Below, in pieces: positions 37,407 to 45,756 of a DNA stretch of 64,000 nucleotides (position 1 is the first letter of the stretch; each line of letters starts with the position of its first letter). The translations under genes were made by a program, and so were the position numbers. A model generated the notes under the pieces. The model was not told where the DNA came from, made no database searches, and saw nothing but the letters and a program-made list of their open reading frames with translations. The stretch comes from Escherichia phage slur07, in sequence record NC_028780.1, one strand, 5' to 3'.

Positions 37407-37732
37407 TGACAGACACACAGCTTTTCGAATATCTTTATTTTTCGCCAAAAACTATTAAAAATAAATTGGTGAATCATTTTGAAATTTTGGCAAATAATAA
37501 CGTCTTGAGCGAATTTTATCCTAAGCAATACAAATTACAAAAAGGCGTATTCAAAGGATGCAGAGTTTTGTGCACTGCTCCTAATGCAAGATTAATGAAT
37601 AAAATTCCATATTTTACCATGGAATTTATTGATGGACCTTTTAAAGGACTAATCACCCAAAGTTTAATGGCATATGATTCTGAGCCATTTTTAATTAAAG
37701 AACAATCTTGGATAAATTTATTTTCTAATTGA
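37403..37732 (+). CDS. hypothetical protein
   Basis: 109 aa from ATG 37403, overlapping previous stop. Confidence 0.5.
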   Translation: MMTDTQLFEYLYFSPKTIKNKLVNHFEILANNNVLSEFYPKQYKLQKGVFKGCRVLCTAPNARLMNKIPYFTMEFIDGPFKGLITQSLMAYDSEPFLIKEQSWINLFSN

Positions 37733-37738
37733 GGTTAT

Positions 37739-38101
37739 ATGAAAGCATATCAAATTCTTGAAGGCACACATAAAGGTACTATTTATTTTGAAGATGGTAT
37801 TCAAGCACGAATTATTGTTTCTAAAACCTTTAAAGAGGACTCTTTTGTAGACCCAGAAATTTTCTACGGTTTGCATGCCCGTGAAATTGAAATTGAGCCA
37901 CAACCTACAGTTAAAATTGAAGGTGGTCAACACCTGAACGTTAACGTTTTGCGTCGTGAAACTCTGGAAGATGCAGTTAAGCATCCGGAAAAATATCCGC
38001 AGCTGACCATCCGTGTATCCGGTTATGCAGTTCGCTTTAACTCTCTGACTCCGGAACAGCAGCGCGACGTTATCGCTCGTACCTTCACCGAGAGTTTGTA
38101 A
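37739..38101 (+). CDS. autonomous glycyl-radical cofactor (GrcA/YfiD-like)
   Basis: 120 aa; C-terminal ~57 aa ([57 protein letters not shown]) matches the glycyl-radical domain of E. coli GrcA/PFL including the RVSGY glycine-radical motif. Confidence 0.85.
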   Translation: MKAYQILEGTHKGTIYFEDGIQARIIVSKTFKEDSFVDPEIFYGLHAREIEIEPQPTVKIEGGQHLNVNVLRRETLEDAVKHPEKYPQLTIRVSGYAVRFNSLTPEQQRDVIARTFTESL

Positions 38102-38322
38102 TGGCAAAGATAATTATTGAAGGTTCTAAAGATGTGCTAAATGCTTTCGCCGAGTGGTTTAGTAATTCAGGCGAACAGCAATTTAATGAAGCGTGGACCA
38201 TGGGTGATATTGATGGAATTTATCCTACGACAGAAATTTCTGTTCAAGGATATGGCATTCATGAACCCATTCGTTTAGTTGAATATGATTTATGTACTGG
38301 TGAGGAAGTCAAATATGATTGA
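38101..38322 (+). CDS. hypothetical small protein
   Basis: 73 aa, TAATG overlap with previous gene. Confidence 0.5.
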   Translation: MAKIIIEGSKDVLNAFAEWFSNSGEQQFNEAWTMGDIDGIYPTTEISVQGYGIHEPIRLVEYDLCTGEEVKYD

Positions 38323-38581
38323 AGATATTAAGGGTTATAAACCACATACTGAAGAGAAAATCGGTAAAGTGAATGCTATCAAAGACGCTGAAGTTCGTTT
38401 AGGACTTATCTTTGACGCTTTATACGATGAATTCTGGGAAGCATTTGATAGCTGTGAAGATGATGAACTCGCGAAGAATTATGCTGAAAGCCTCGATCAG
38501 TTAACTATTGCTAAAACGAAACTCAAAGAAGCCAGTATGTGGGCTTGCCGTGCTGTGTTCCAACCAGAGGAAAAATACTAA
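38315..38581 (+). CDS. hypothetical small protein
   Basis: 88 aa from ATG 38315 with SD GAGGAAG. Confidence 0.5.
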   Translation: MIEDIKGYKPHTEEKIGKVNAIKDAEVRLGLIFDALYDEFWEAFDSCEDDELAKNYAESLDQLTIAKTKLKEASMWACRAVFQPEEKY

Positions 38582-38859
38582 TGGCTCAATTAAGTGCAGG
38601 GTTTGGTTATGAGTATTATACTGCCCCTCGTCGTGTATCTGCCGCTCCTAAGAAAATTCAAAGTCTTGATGACTTCCAGGAAGTAGTCCGTAAAGCTTTC
38701 CAGGACTATGCACGCTATCTTAAAGAAGATTCACAGGACTGTCTCGAAGAAGATGAAATTGCTTACTATGAACAGCGTCTTGAACAGCTTAAAAATCTAC
38801 ATGAGGTTCGTGCAGAAGTTTCAAAGTCTATGAATAAATTGATTAGATTTAAAGAATAA
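38581..38859 (+). CDS. hypothetical small helical protein
   Basis: 92 aa from ATG 38581 with SD AGAGGA (TAATG overlap). Confidence 0.5.
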   Translation: MAQLSAGFGYEYYTAPRRVSAAPKKIQSLDDFQEVVRKAFQDYARYLKEDSQDCLEEDEIAYYEQRLEQLKNLHEVRAEVSKSMNKLIRFKE

Positions 38860-38861
38860 CT

Positions 38862-38891
38862 GTTTACTTTTCCTCTTGACTGTGGTATAAT
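38862..38891 (+). promoter_or_regulatory. early promoter for regB, GTTTAC / 18 bp / TATAAT
   Basis: GTTTAC 38862-38867, TGTGGTATAAT with -10 at 38886-38891. Confidence 0.7.
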
Positions 38892-38918
38892 TTTTCTATC
38901 AGTTAAGAGGAGAACAAC

Positions 38919-39380
38919 ATGACTATCAATACAGAAGTTTTTATCCGTCGAAATAAGCTTCGTCGTCACTTTGAGTCGGAGTTTCGTCAAATTAACAATG
39001 AGATTCGTGAGGCATCAAAAGCAGCAGGGGTCTCATCGTTTCATCTAAAATATTCTCAACATCTTCTTGATCGTGCAATTCAACGGGAGATTGATGAGAC
39101 ATATGTTTTTGAATTATTCCATAAAATAAAAGACCATGTTTTAGAAGTTAATGAATTCCTGAGTATGCCTCCGCGTCCTGACATTGACGAGGATTTTATT
39201 GATGGGGTTGAATATCGTCCTGGACGTTTAGAAATCACAGATGGAAATCTTTGGCTTGGATTTACAGTTTGTAAACCTAACGAGAAGTTCAAAGACCCGT
39301 CACTTCAATGTAGGATGGCAATTATCAACAGTCGTCGTTTACCAGGAAAGGCTTCTAAAGCAGTAATTAAAACTCAATGA
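38919..39380 (+). CDS. regB: site-specific endoribonuclease RegB
   Basis: 153 aa MTINTEVFIRRNKLRRHFESEFRQINNEIREASK..., matches T4 RegB length and sequence; early promoter 38862-38891. Confidence 0.93.
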   Translation: MTINTEVFIRRNKLRRHFESEFRQINNEIREASKAAGVSSFHLKYSQHLLDRAIQREIDETYVFELFHKIKDHVLEVNEFLSMPPRPDIDEDFIDGVEYRPGRLEITDGNLWLGFTVCKPNEKFKDPSLQCRMAIINSRRLPGKASKAVIKTQ

Positions 39381-39387
39381 GGTAAGC

Positions 39388-39933
39388 ATGAGAAAAGCAC
39401 TACTCGCTGGTCTATTGGCCATTTCAATGATGGCACATAGCTCCGAGCATACTTTCAGTAATGTCCAACTCGATAACATGCGTTACGCGTATCAATTCGG
39501 GGAACAATTTTCTAAGGATGGAAAATATAAAACACATAAAAATATCCACAAGAGCGGATTAGGTCATATAATGGCAGCCATTTTATGGCAAGAAAGCTCT
39601 GGCGGAGTTAATTTAAAATCTAAACCAAAGCATCACGCTTATGGAATGTTCCAAAATTATTTGCCTACTATGCGAGCGAGAGTTAAGGAACTTGGTTATA
39701 ATATGACCGATGCTGAAATAAAAAGAATGTTGAATAAACGGTCCAATTCAGCTTCCTGGGCGTACATTGAACTTTCTTATTGGTTAAATATACATAAGGG
39801 CGATATAAGAAAAGCAATATCCTCTTATAATTCGGGATGGAATGTTAAAGCAGGTTCTAGATATGCTTCTGAAGTCCTAGAAAAGGCTAATTACCTTAAA
39901 AATAATAAACTTTTGGAAATAGTAAATGACTAA
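39388..39933 (+). CDS. secreted lytic-transglycosylase-like protein
   Basis: 181 aa; N-terminal signal peptide (MRKALLAGLLAISMMAHS); SLT-like catalytic region ILWQESSGG ... AYGMFQ. Confidence 0.6.
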   Translation: MRKALLAGLLAISMMAHSSEHTFSNVQLDNMRYAYQFGEQFSKDGKYKTHKNIHKSGLGHIMAAILWQESSGGVNLKSKPKHHAYGMFQNYLPTMRARVKELGYNMTDAEIKRMLNKRSNSASWAYIELSYWLNIHKGDIRKAISSYNSGWNVKAGSRYASEVLEKANYLKNNKLLEIVND

Positions 39934-40267
39934 AATTTTGGTTTTATGTATAGGATTAATTTCATTTTCTGCGTTAGCAGATACATCATATACTGAAATT
40001 AGAGAGTATGTAAACCGTACTGCAGCGGATTATTGCGGGAAAAATAAAGCATGTCAAGCTGAATTTGCACAGAAATTAATATATGCATATAAAGACGGAG
40101 AAAGAGATAAATCAAGTAGATACAAAAACGATACATTATTAAAACGATATGCTAAAAAGTGGAATACCTTAGAATGTTCAGTTGCGGAGGAGAAAGATAA
40201 AGCCGCTTGTCATTCAATGGTTGACCGTTTGGTAGATTCTTATAATCGAGGATTGAGTACTAGATGA
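39926..40267 (+). CDS. small secreted Cys-containing protein (possible vs ortholog)
   Basis: 113 aa; signal peptide MTKILVLCIGLISFSALA; four Cys; position after regB. Confidence 0.5.
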   Translation: MTKILVLCIGLISFSALADTSYTEIREYVNRTAADYCGKNKACQAEFAQKLIYAYKDGERDKSSRYKNDTLLKRYAKKWNTLECSVAEEKDKAACHSMVDRLVDSYNRGLSTR

Positions 40268-40731
40268 TTGTAAAATATATCAAGGGCGATATTGTCGCCC
40301 TTTTCGCTGAAGGTAAAAATATTGCGCATGGATGCAATTGTTTTCATACTATGGGTTCAGGCGTAGCGGGTCAATTAACCAAAGCTTTCCCTAAAATTTT
40401 GGAAGCTGATAAATTACAGACTGAATGGGGTGATGTAACTAAACTCGGTTCTTACTCAGTCTATGAAAAATACTTTAGGACTCATAAAGCGTATTGCTTT
40501 AATCTTTATACTCAATTTCAACCAGGGCCAAATTTTGAGTATTCCGCTTTAATGAATTGTATGTTAGAATTAAATGAGTTTGGTGAAAATAAACTGATTA
40601 AACCTACAATCTATATGCCTAGGATTGGTGCAGGCATAGGTAAAGGGAACTGGGATATTATTGAGGGGATTTTAGATACATATTCCTCTAAATTAGAAAT
40701 TGTGATTGTTGATTGGGAACCGTTATTATGA
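40264..40731 (+). CDS. macro-domain-like protein
   Basis: 155 aa; GDIVAL ... HGCNCFHTMGSGVAGQL ... IGAGIGKG resemble macro (ADP-ribose binding/hydrolase) motifs. Confidence 0.5.
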   Translation: MIVKYIKGDIVALFAEGKNIAHGCNCFHTMGSGVAGQLTKAFPKILEADKLQTEWGDVTKLGSYSVYEKYFRTHKAYCFNLYTQFQPGPNFEYSALMNCMLELNEFGENKLIKPTIYMPRIGAGIGKGNWDIIEGILDTYSSKLEIVIVDWEPLL

Positions 40732-40940
40732 ATATACATTATCCACATCCGTATGACCCAAAGAATAAGGCAGTAATTATTCGTCAATGGGAACGCATTT
40801 GTCGTACTAAATGTCCAATTAATAGTCCACATGATGTAGATAAAGACTACATTGGAACATTCGTTGAATATACCTTTATTGATAAGAAAGGTCGTAAACA
40901 GCATGTAGAAGAATACTGCTTAAAGGTGACATGGTTATGA
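40728..40940 (+). CDS. hypothetical small protein
   Basis: 70 aa from ATG 40728 (ATGA overlap). Confidence 0.45.
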   Translation: MNIHYPHPYDPKNKAVIIRQWERICRTKCPINSPHDVDKDYIGTFVEYTFIDKKGRKQHVEEYCLKVTWL

Positions 40941-41143
40941 GCCAAACTAGTATTCTTAAAAATGCCCACTGTGAAAAGTGTAAATGGCCGGTTGTTTTTG
41001 CTTTATGCAACGATGAAATGGCTTGTGATTTCGATTATTGGTGCTATTGTTCTAATAAAGGATGCATCAATCATAAAGGTGAAGGATTTTATTCGGGATT
41101 TTATCCTTATCCAGATTTCGTTAAAGAAGGTAAACCGAAATGA
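40937..41143 (+). CDS. Cys-rich small protein (putative zinc-binding)
   Basis: 68 aa from ATG 40937; CEKC ... C ... CDFDYWCYC ... C. Confidence 0.45.
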   Translation: MSQTSILKNAHCEKCKWPVVFALCNDEMACDFDYWCYCSNKGCINHKGEGFYSGFYPYPDFVKEGKPK

Positions 41144-41313
41144 ATAGTTCTGAGTTACAATATGAAGTGTTACGTGAACTTGATAATTTAATTGAACTCG
41201 CTGTTAATAAAGGTTTTGCCATTGGAATTGGTCAAAAAGATACTGATCATTTAACTGTGGAAATATTTAAGCAAAAGCGAATTATTTTAAAACTTTTGGA
41301 AATTAATATATGA
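41140..41313 (+). CDS. hypothetical small protein
   Basis: 57 aa ORF not in the track; ATGA overlaps at both ends (41140, 41310) continue the coupled gene chain. Confidence 0.4.
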   Translation: MNSSELQYEVLRELDNLIELAVNKGFAIGIGQKDTDHLTVEIFKQKRIILKLLEINI

Positions 41314-41495
41314 GTTTAAGCAAAGAACAAAAAGACAAACTCTTTTCTCTTATCCACGAAGTTATGGATAAAAACAGTGAATTGGAAAAAGTTTGTGATG
41401 AATGCGGTCCTTTTAATGCAAATGAATACGAAGAACTTTCTAAAGAATTCGATAATAAAGAACAAGAACTTATTAATTATATAAATTCCTTATGA
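41310..41495 (+). CDS. hypothetical small protein
   Basis: 61 aa, acidic; ATGA-coupled. Confidence 0.45.
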   Translation: MSLSKEQKDKLFSLIHEVMDKNSELEKVCDECGPFNANEYEELSKEFDNKEQELINYINSL

Positions 41496-41680
41496 TTACT
41501 CGCGAACAAAAGAACGAAATATTATTTTTAGTTGGTGAAATTATTAGTTTAGAAAAGGATTTGTCTTTTGAAATATCTTCTGAATATGGAGATGCCGAAA
41601 CATATTACGAATTAGTAAAATCTATCGATAAAGTTGAAAATGATTTAGAAACATATTTAGAAAATTTAACTAAGGACTAA
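41492..41680 (+). CDS. hypothetical small protein
   Basis: 62 aa, acidic; ATGA-coupled. Confidence 0.45.
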   Translation: MITREQKNEILFLVGEIISLEKDLSFEISSEYGDAETYYELVKSIDKVENDLETYLENLTKD

Positions 41681-41681
41681 G

Positions 41682-42263
41682 ATGGCGAGTTTAATTTTTA
41701 CTTATGCAGCAATGAATGCTGGAAAATCTGCTTCTCTTTTGACTGCTGCACATAATTATAAAGAACGTGGAATGAGTGTATTAGTTCTTAAGCCTGCTAT
41801 TGATACTCGCGATTCTGTCTGTGAAGTCGTTTCTCGCATTGGAATTAAGCAGGAAGCGAATATTATTACAGATGATATGGATATTTTCGAGTTCTATAAA
41901 TGGGCTGAAGCACAAAAAGATATTCATTGCGTATTTGTAGATGAAGCTCAGTTTTTAAAAACTGAACAGGCGCATCAATTGAGCCGAATTGTTGATACAT
42001 ATAATGTTCCTGTTATGGCTTATGGGCTAAGGACTGATTTCGCTGGAAAATTATTTGAAGGTTCTAAAGAACTTTTAGCGATTGCAGATAAACTTATTGA
42101 ACTAAAGGCAGTTTGTCATTGTGGTAAAAAAGCGATTATGACAGCTCGATTAATGGAAGATGGATCACCAGTTAAAGAAGGTAATCAAATCTGTATTGGT
42201 GATGAAATTTATGTTTCTTTGTGTAGAAAACATTGGAATGAATTAACTAAAAAGCTCGGTTAG
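41682..42263 (+). CDS. tk: thymidine kinase
   Basis: 193 aa, T4 Tk length; P-loop AAMNAGKSASLL; C-terminal Zn-ribbon cysteines. Confidence 0.9.
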   Translation: MASLIFTYAAMNAGKSASLLTAAHNYKERGMSVLVLKPAIDTRDSVCEVVSRIGIKQEANIITDDMDIFEFYKWAEAQKDIHCVFVDEAQFLKTEQAHQLSRIVDTYNVPVMAYGLRTDFAGKLFEGSKELLAIADKLIELKAVCHCGKKAIMTARLMEDGSPVKEGNQICIGDEIYVSLCRKHWNELTKKLG

Positions 42264-42272
42264 TGCAAAAGT

Positions 42273-42280
42273 TATAAATA
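42273..42280 (+). promoter_or_regulatory. T4-type late promoter upstream of rI.-1/rI
   Basis: Exact TATAAATA in the tk - rI.-1 intergenic region. Confidence 0.45.
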
Positions 42281-42305
42281 GGTTTATCTAACTAAAGGGG
42301 TATAT

Positions 42306-42518
42306 ATGCTACAATTAACTGAAAAGCAACTTCGCAATCTTACTGTTCTTCAATTAGATGAAATTCGTAGGGAAGTTGGAAATATCATTTCAGCTTTGCG
42401 TCGAGAAGTATCACTCAACCAATCTCCGGCAGACTATACTAGATTGCGAAATTTTGAAAAATACCTTGATAAAGTTAAGGCCGTGCATCGGCATAAAGTA
42501 AATACAGGACAAAAATGA
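42306..42518 (+). CDS. hypothetical protein (rI.-1 position)
   Basis: 70 aa ORF between tk and rI. Confidence 0.5.
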
Positions 42519-42530
42519 TAGGAGGCCTTT

Positions 42531-42824
42531 ATGGCCTTAAAAGCAACGGCACTTTTTGCCATGCTAGGATTGTCATTTGTTTTATCTCCATCGATTGAAG
42601 CGAATGTCGATCCTCATTTTGATAAATTTATGGAATCTGGTATTAGGCACGTTTATATGCTTTTTGAAAATAAAAGCGTAGAATCGTCTGAACAATTCTA
42701 TAGTTTTATGAGAACGACCTATAAAAATGACCCGTGCTCTTCTGATTTTGAATGTATAGAACGAGGCGCGGAGATGGCACAATCATACGCTAGAATTATG
42801 AACATTAAATTGGAGACTGAATGA
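42531..42824 (+). CDS. rI: lysis inhibition regulator RI (antiholin)
   Basis: 97 aa MALKATALFAMLGLSFVLSPSIEANVDPHFDKFMESGIRHV..., matches T4 RI; signal-anchor N-terminus. Confidence 0.92.
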   Translation: MALKATALFAMLGLSFVLSPSIEANVDPHFDKFMESGIRHVYMLFENKSVESSEQFYSFMRTTYKNDPCSSDFECIERGAEMAQSYARIMNIKLETE

Positions 42825-43207
42825 AATTCAGCGACTTTTCACAAAGTGGAAAACCTTCAAAGGCAGATGAATACTTAGGTTTATTAATGGCTGCACAAGC
42901 TTATTTTCATTCTGCACATTTTGAAACTAAAAGTTATGCTAGACACAAAGCATACGATTTTATTTTCTCCGAGTTGCCAGATTTGATTGATAAATTTGGT
43001 GAGCAATATTTGGGGTATTCTGGTAGAAAATACACACCTTCAATTCCAGATGCCAGTAAACTTCCTACCGACACAATTAAAATGATTGATCACATACTAG
43101 ACCAATCTAACAGCATTTATAAAGAAATGCCTCCAGCCATCCAAAGCACGATAGATGATATTACTGGAATGTTTTACCAGAGTAAGTATCTTCTTTCCCT
43201 CGAATAA
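42821..43207 (+). CDS. hypothetical protein (rI.1 position)
   Basis: 128 aa, ATGA overlap with rI; terminator follows. Confidence 0.6.
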   Translation: MKFSDFSQSGKPSKADEYLGLLMAAQAYFHSAHFETKSYARHKAYDFIFSELPDLIDKFGEQYLGYSGRKYTPSIPDASKLPTDTIKMIDHILDQSNSIYKEMPPAIQSTIDDITGMFYQSKYLLSLE

Positions 43208-43211
43208 CATT

Positions 43212-43235
43212 AGTCTCCTTCGGGAGACTTTTTTC
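43212..43235 (+). terminator. rho-independent terminator after rI.1
   Basis: AGTCTCC-TTCG-GGAGACT + TTTTTT. Confidence 0.65.
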
Positions 43236-43244
43236 ATTTTACCG

Positions 43245-43274
43245 GTTTACTTTCCGTTTGAGCTGTGGTACTAT
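43245..43274 (+). promoter_or_regulatory. early promoter, GTTTAC / 18 bp / TACTAT
   Basis: GTTTAC 43245-43250, TACTAT 43269-43274; follows terminator 43212-43235. Confidence 0.65.
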
Positions 43275-43302
43275 ACAACTATCGGATAAAGAGGAGAACA
43301 TC

Positions 43303-43491
43303 ATGAAAATTGAAGCACTTAATCAAGAAGGAAATATCTACGTCATCATTAATGGTGATTTTTTCGTCGACATGGATGAAGTTACTAGTGAAGAACTTGT
43401 AGAATTTCTTAAGAAACGTTATAATATGTGTGATGAAGTTGCAACTCACATGGCGTGTGCAATATTCTCTCTTTCATATGTGGTGGAATAA
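43303..43491 (+). CDS. hypothetical small protein
   Basis: 62 aa from ATG 43303 with SD GAGGAGAA; early promoter 43245-43274. Confidence 0.5.
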   Translation: MKIEALNQEGNIYVIINGDFFVDMDEVTSEELVEFLKKRYNMCDEVATHMACAIFSLSYVVE

Positions 43492-43694
43492 TGATTAGTA
43501 TCGAACAAGCGGATAAAATTAAGGAATTGGTAGCTTTAATTCGTAAAGCAGATGAGGAACTTAGTGACTTTGCTTGGTTTTCGTCAGGCATTGCAAATAA
43601 AAGTATTGAAGAACTTGAAGATAAAGTTAATAATGCTGTAGAAGCGTTAGATATGTTTCTTGATGAAATTATCGATCATAATACGAGAGTTTAA
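43491..43694 (+). CDS. hypothetical small protein
   Basis: 67 aa from ATG 43491 (TAATG overlap). Confidence 0.45.
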   Translation: MISIEQADKIKELVALIRKADEELSDFAWFSSGIANKSIEELEDKVNNAVEALDMFLDEIIDHNTRV

Positions 43695-43696
43695 GT

Positions 43697-43891
43697 ATGC
43701 TAACACGCGAACAGTTTGAAAAAATCATTAAATTAGCACGTGATATTGAAATAGATTCATATCAATTAGCAGTTGAGCATTGTGAAGGATATTCATACGA
43801 CGGTATAGAAGCAGCTAAAAAGGATTTGGATAAATCCAAAGCTAAGTTAGTTCAATATCTTGAAATGATTAGGTGGAATAATGAAAACTGA
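43697..43891 (+). CDS. hypothetical small protein
   Basis: 64 aa ORF. Confidence 0.45.
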   Translation: MLTREQFEKIIKLARDIEIDSYQLAVEHCEGYSYDGIEAAKKDLDKSKAKLVQYLEMIRWNNEN

Positions 43892-44054
43892 AAAGCAGAT
43901 GTTTTTAATGAAGCTAATTGAAGAATATGCTAATGCAGTTTCTGACTATGAATGTTCTTCTCGTGAAAGAGGTACAGCTTTCGCAAAGGAAGAAATGAAA
44001 ATCATGGTTGATGCTCATACAAAGCTTCAGAATTTTATCGAAAACGTCATTTAA
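43881..44054 (+). CDS. hypothetical small protein
   Basis: 57 aa ORF not in the track; ATG 43881 overlaps previous gene end. Confidence 0.35.
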   Translation: MKTEKQMFLMKLIEEYANAVSDYECSSRERGTAFAKEEMKIMVDAHTKLQNFIENVI

Positions 44055-44056
44055 TG

Positions 44057-44086
44057 GTTTACAAGTTGGCAAGGTTATGGTATAGT
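44057..44086 (+). promoter_or_regulatory. early promoter, GTTTAC / 18 bp / TATAGT
   Basis: GTTTAC 44057-44062, TATAGT 44081-44086. Confidence 0.6.
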
Positions 44087-44114
44087 AATCTTGTCAACTG
44101 CCAAGGAGAAGAGA

Positions 44115-44219
44115 ATGAAAGTTTTGTTTGTTGTGTATGTGGTGATTCAATATAATTACCCAATGTTTACTTATAATCTGGTGAACAACATTATTGATAT
44201 GATTCAGAGGAGTATGTAA
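44115..44219 (+). CDS. hydrophobic 34-aa leader/membrane peptide
   Basis: MKVLFVVYVVIQYNYPMFTYNLVNNIIDMIQRSM; strong SD AAGGAG 7 nt upstream; stop overlaps next start (TAATG); downstream of early promoter 44057-44086. Confidence 0.35.
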   Translation: MKVLFVVYVVIQYNYPMFTYNLVNNIIDMIQRSM

Positions 44220-44764
44220 TGACGGTAGCGGCGAAACGATTAGTATTAGAAGTTAGTTCACTTTTTGGTGAATTGGCTATAGAAAAAGTAAATAATATGT
44301 ATCGTTTGACACAAGAAGACGATATGCTATATTTTACGCCTAGTGAAATCATTCATTTAACCCAAATTGAAAATCCTTATACTGATAAAATTGTAAGCAT
44401 TAATGATGAGCATAAAATTCATTTTTATTCTTCATGCCCAGGATTTAATATTGAAAGCGAGTCAATATGCTTATCAGTTATCCATTGGGATAGTTTTATA
44501 GATAAGATTAAATATTTTTATTATTCTAATGAAAGAAAACACAGTTTAAAATGGTTTAAAAATTGCAATGCTATTATTACTAACGCTTGCAATCAGAATG
44601 ATGAAACTGTTTTAAACGTATCAAAATGTTATGAAGATGGAGATGTCTTAACTATTCGTCAAATTGATGATTTTCGAGCACATATTGTCACATTTACCAA
44701 AGACGAAGCTATTGCACTAAAGACTTATCTTGATTCTGTTATTCCAACTATGATTTCAAAGTGA
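44219..44764 (+). CDS. hypothetical protein (paralog pair, member A)
   Basis: 181 aa; C-terminus KDEAIALKTYLDSVIPTMISK resembles that of the next gene. Confidence 0.55.
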   Translation: MTVAAKRLVLEVSSLFGELAIEKVNNMYRLTQEDDMLYFTPSEIIHLTQIENPYTDKIVSINDEHKIHFYSSCPGFNIESESICLSVIHWDSFIDKIKYFYYSNERKHSLKWFKNCNAIITNACNQNDETVLNVSKCYEDGDVLTIRQIDDFRAHIVTFTKDEAIALKTYLDSVIPTMISK

Positions 44765-44770
44765 GGAAAT

Positions 44771-45292
44771 ATGTTTATTTCAAGTGAAAGTGGTTTAATT
44801 CGTGTTGAATTTAAAAATGACATCTTCCTTAGTCAAGGAGATGATATTATTAAAATGAGTTATGACGAAATCAAGAAAATTTGTCATACTCTTGAAAGCC
44901 GTGGAAAAGTAAATGCTGTTATTGACATCGGTGATTTATGGGTAACGCTTTATGAAGTATCCGAAGGATTTAACATTGAAGATGAAAATAACATTTTAGC
45001 TATTGATAAAAGAACTGATTTGTTTGATGTATTAAAAGCCTATGAACAGTCAAATGGTGGAAGAAAAGCTGCATTGATTTATCAAAAACCACATTCATGT
45101 GGAACTGCTTCAATCATTTCAAATATTGAAGGTGAAGTTGATACTTATATGTGTGTTTTAAAAGCTGGTGGTGACCGTCATCCGGATTTTATTTCTATTC
45201 GTCAAAACAATGGAGAAATTTCATTATCAAAATCAGAAGCTGAAGCTATGATTAAGTATTTAACAACCATTACGCCTTCAATGAAAGGATAA
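44771..45292 (+). CDS. hypothetical protein (paralog pair, member B)
   Basis: 173 aa; C-terminus KSEAEAMIKYLTTITPSMKG; shared internal GFNIE(S/D)E motif. Confidence 0.55.
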   Translation: MFISSESGLIRVEFKNDIFLSQGDDIIKMSYDEIKKICHTLESRGKVNAVIDIGDLWVTLYEVSEGFNIEDENNILAIDKRTDLFDVLKAYEQSNGGRKAALIYQKPHSCGTASIISNIEGEVDTYMCVLKAGGDRHPDFISIRQNNGEISLSKSEAEAMIKYLTTITPSMKG

Positions 45293-45294
45293 TT

Positions 45295-45756
45295 ATGATT
45301 ATTAATGAAAACTCTTGGCACTATAAATTATTCAAATTGTTTAACGATGAATGGCAACGACCTAAGACATTATGCGCATATTTTTGGTCTATTGCCATTC
45401 CTACATTTTTCGTTTCTATTTTTGGGTGTGCTATACTCGTAGGGTTAACAATTATTTGTGCAGAAAGCCTACAACGTTGGCTTATTTTCGGTAGTTTATG
45501 GACTCTTCTTCCATCGGCATTTATACTTGCACTTTTGGTTGTTTTACTTATTATCGGTTCATTTGTTATTCCTGCACATTTGCGTGAAAAATATAAAGAT
45601 TATAAATGGAAAAAGGATTATGCTTTACACGTAGAAAATATTGATAGAGCGTATAAAGGTTTACCTCCTATTCAACCCAAGAAATCGATTATCGTCGAAT
45701 TTTTAAAAGCTCGTAAAGCTAAAGTATGTCCTGTTATTGAATATAAGGCTGAATGA
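45295..45756 (+). CDS. membrane protein
   Basis: 153 aa; two or three hydrophobic helices. Confidence 0.55.
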   Translation: MIINENSWHYKLFKLFNDEWQRPKTLCAYFWSIAIPTFFVSIFGCAILVGLTIICAESLQRWLIFGSLWTLLPSAFILALLVVLLIIGSFVIPAHLREKYKDYKWKKDYALHVENIDRAYKGLPPIQPKKSIIVEFLKARKAKVCPVIEYKAE

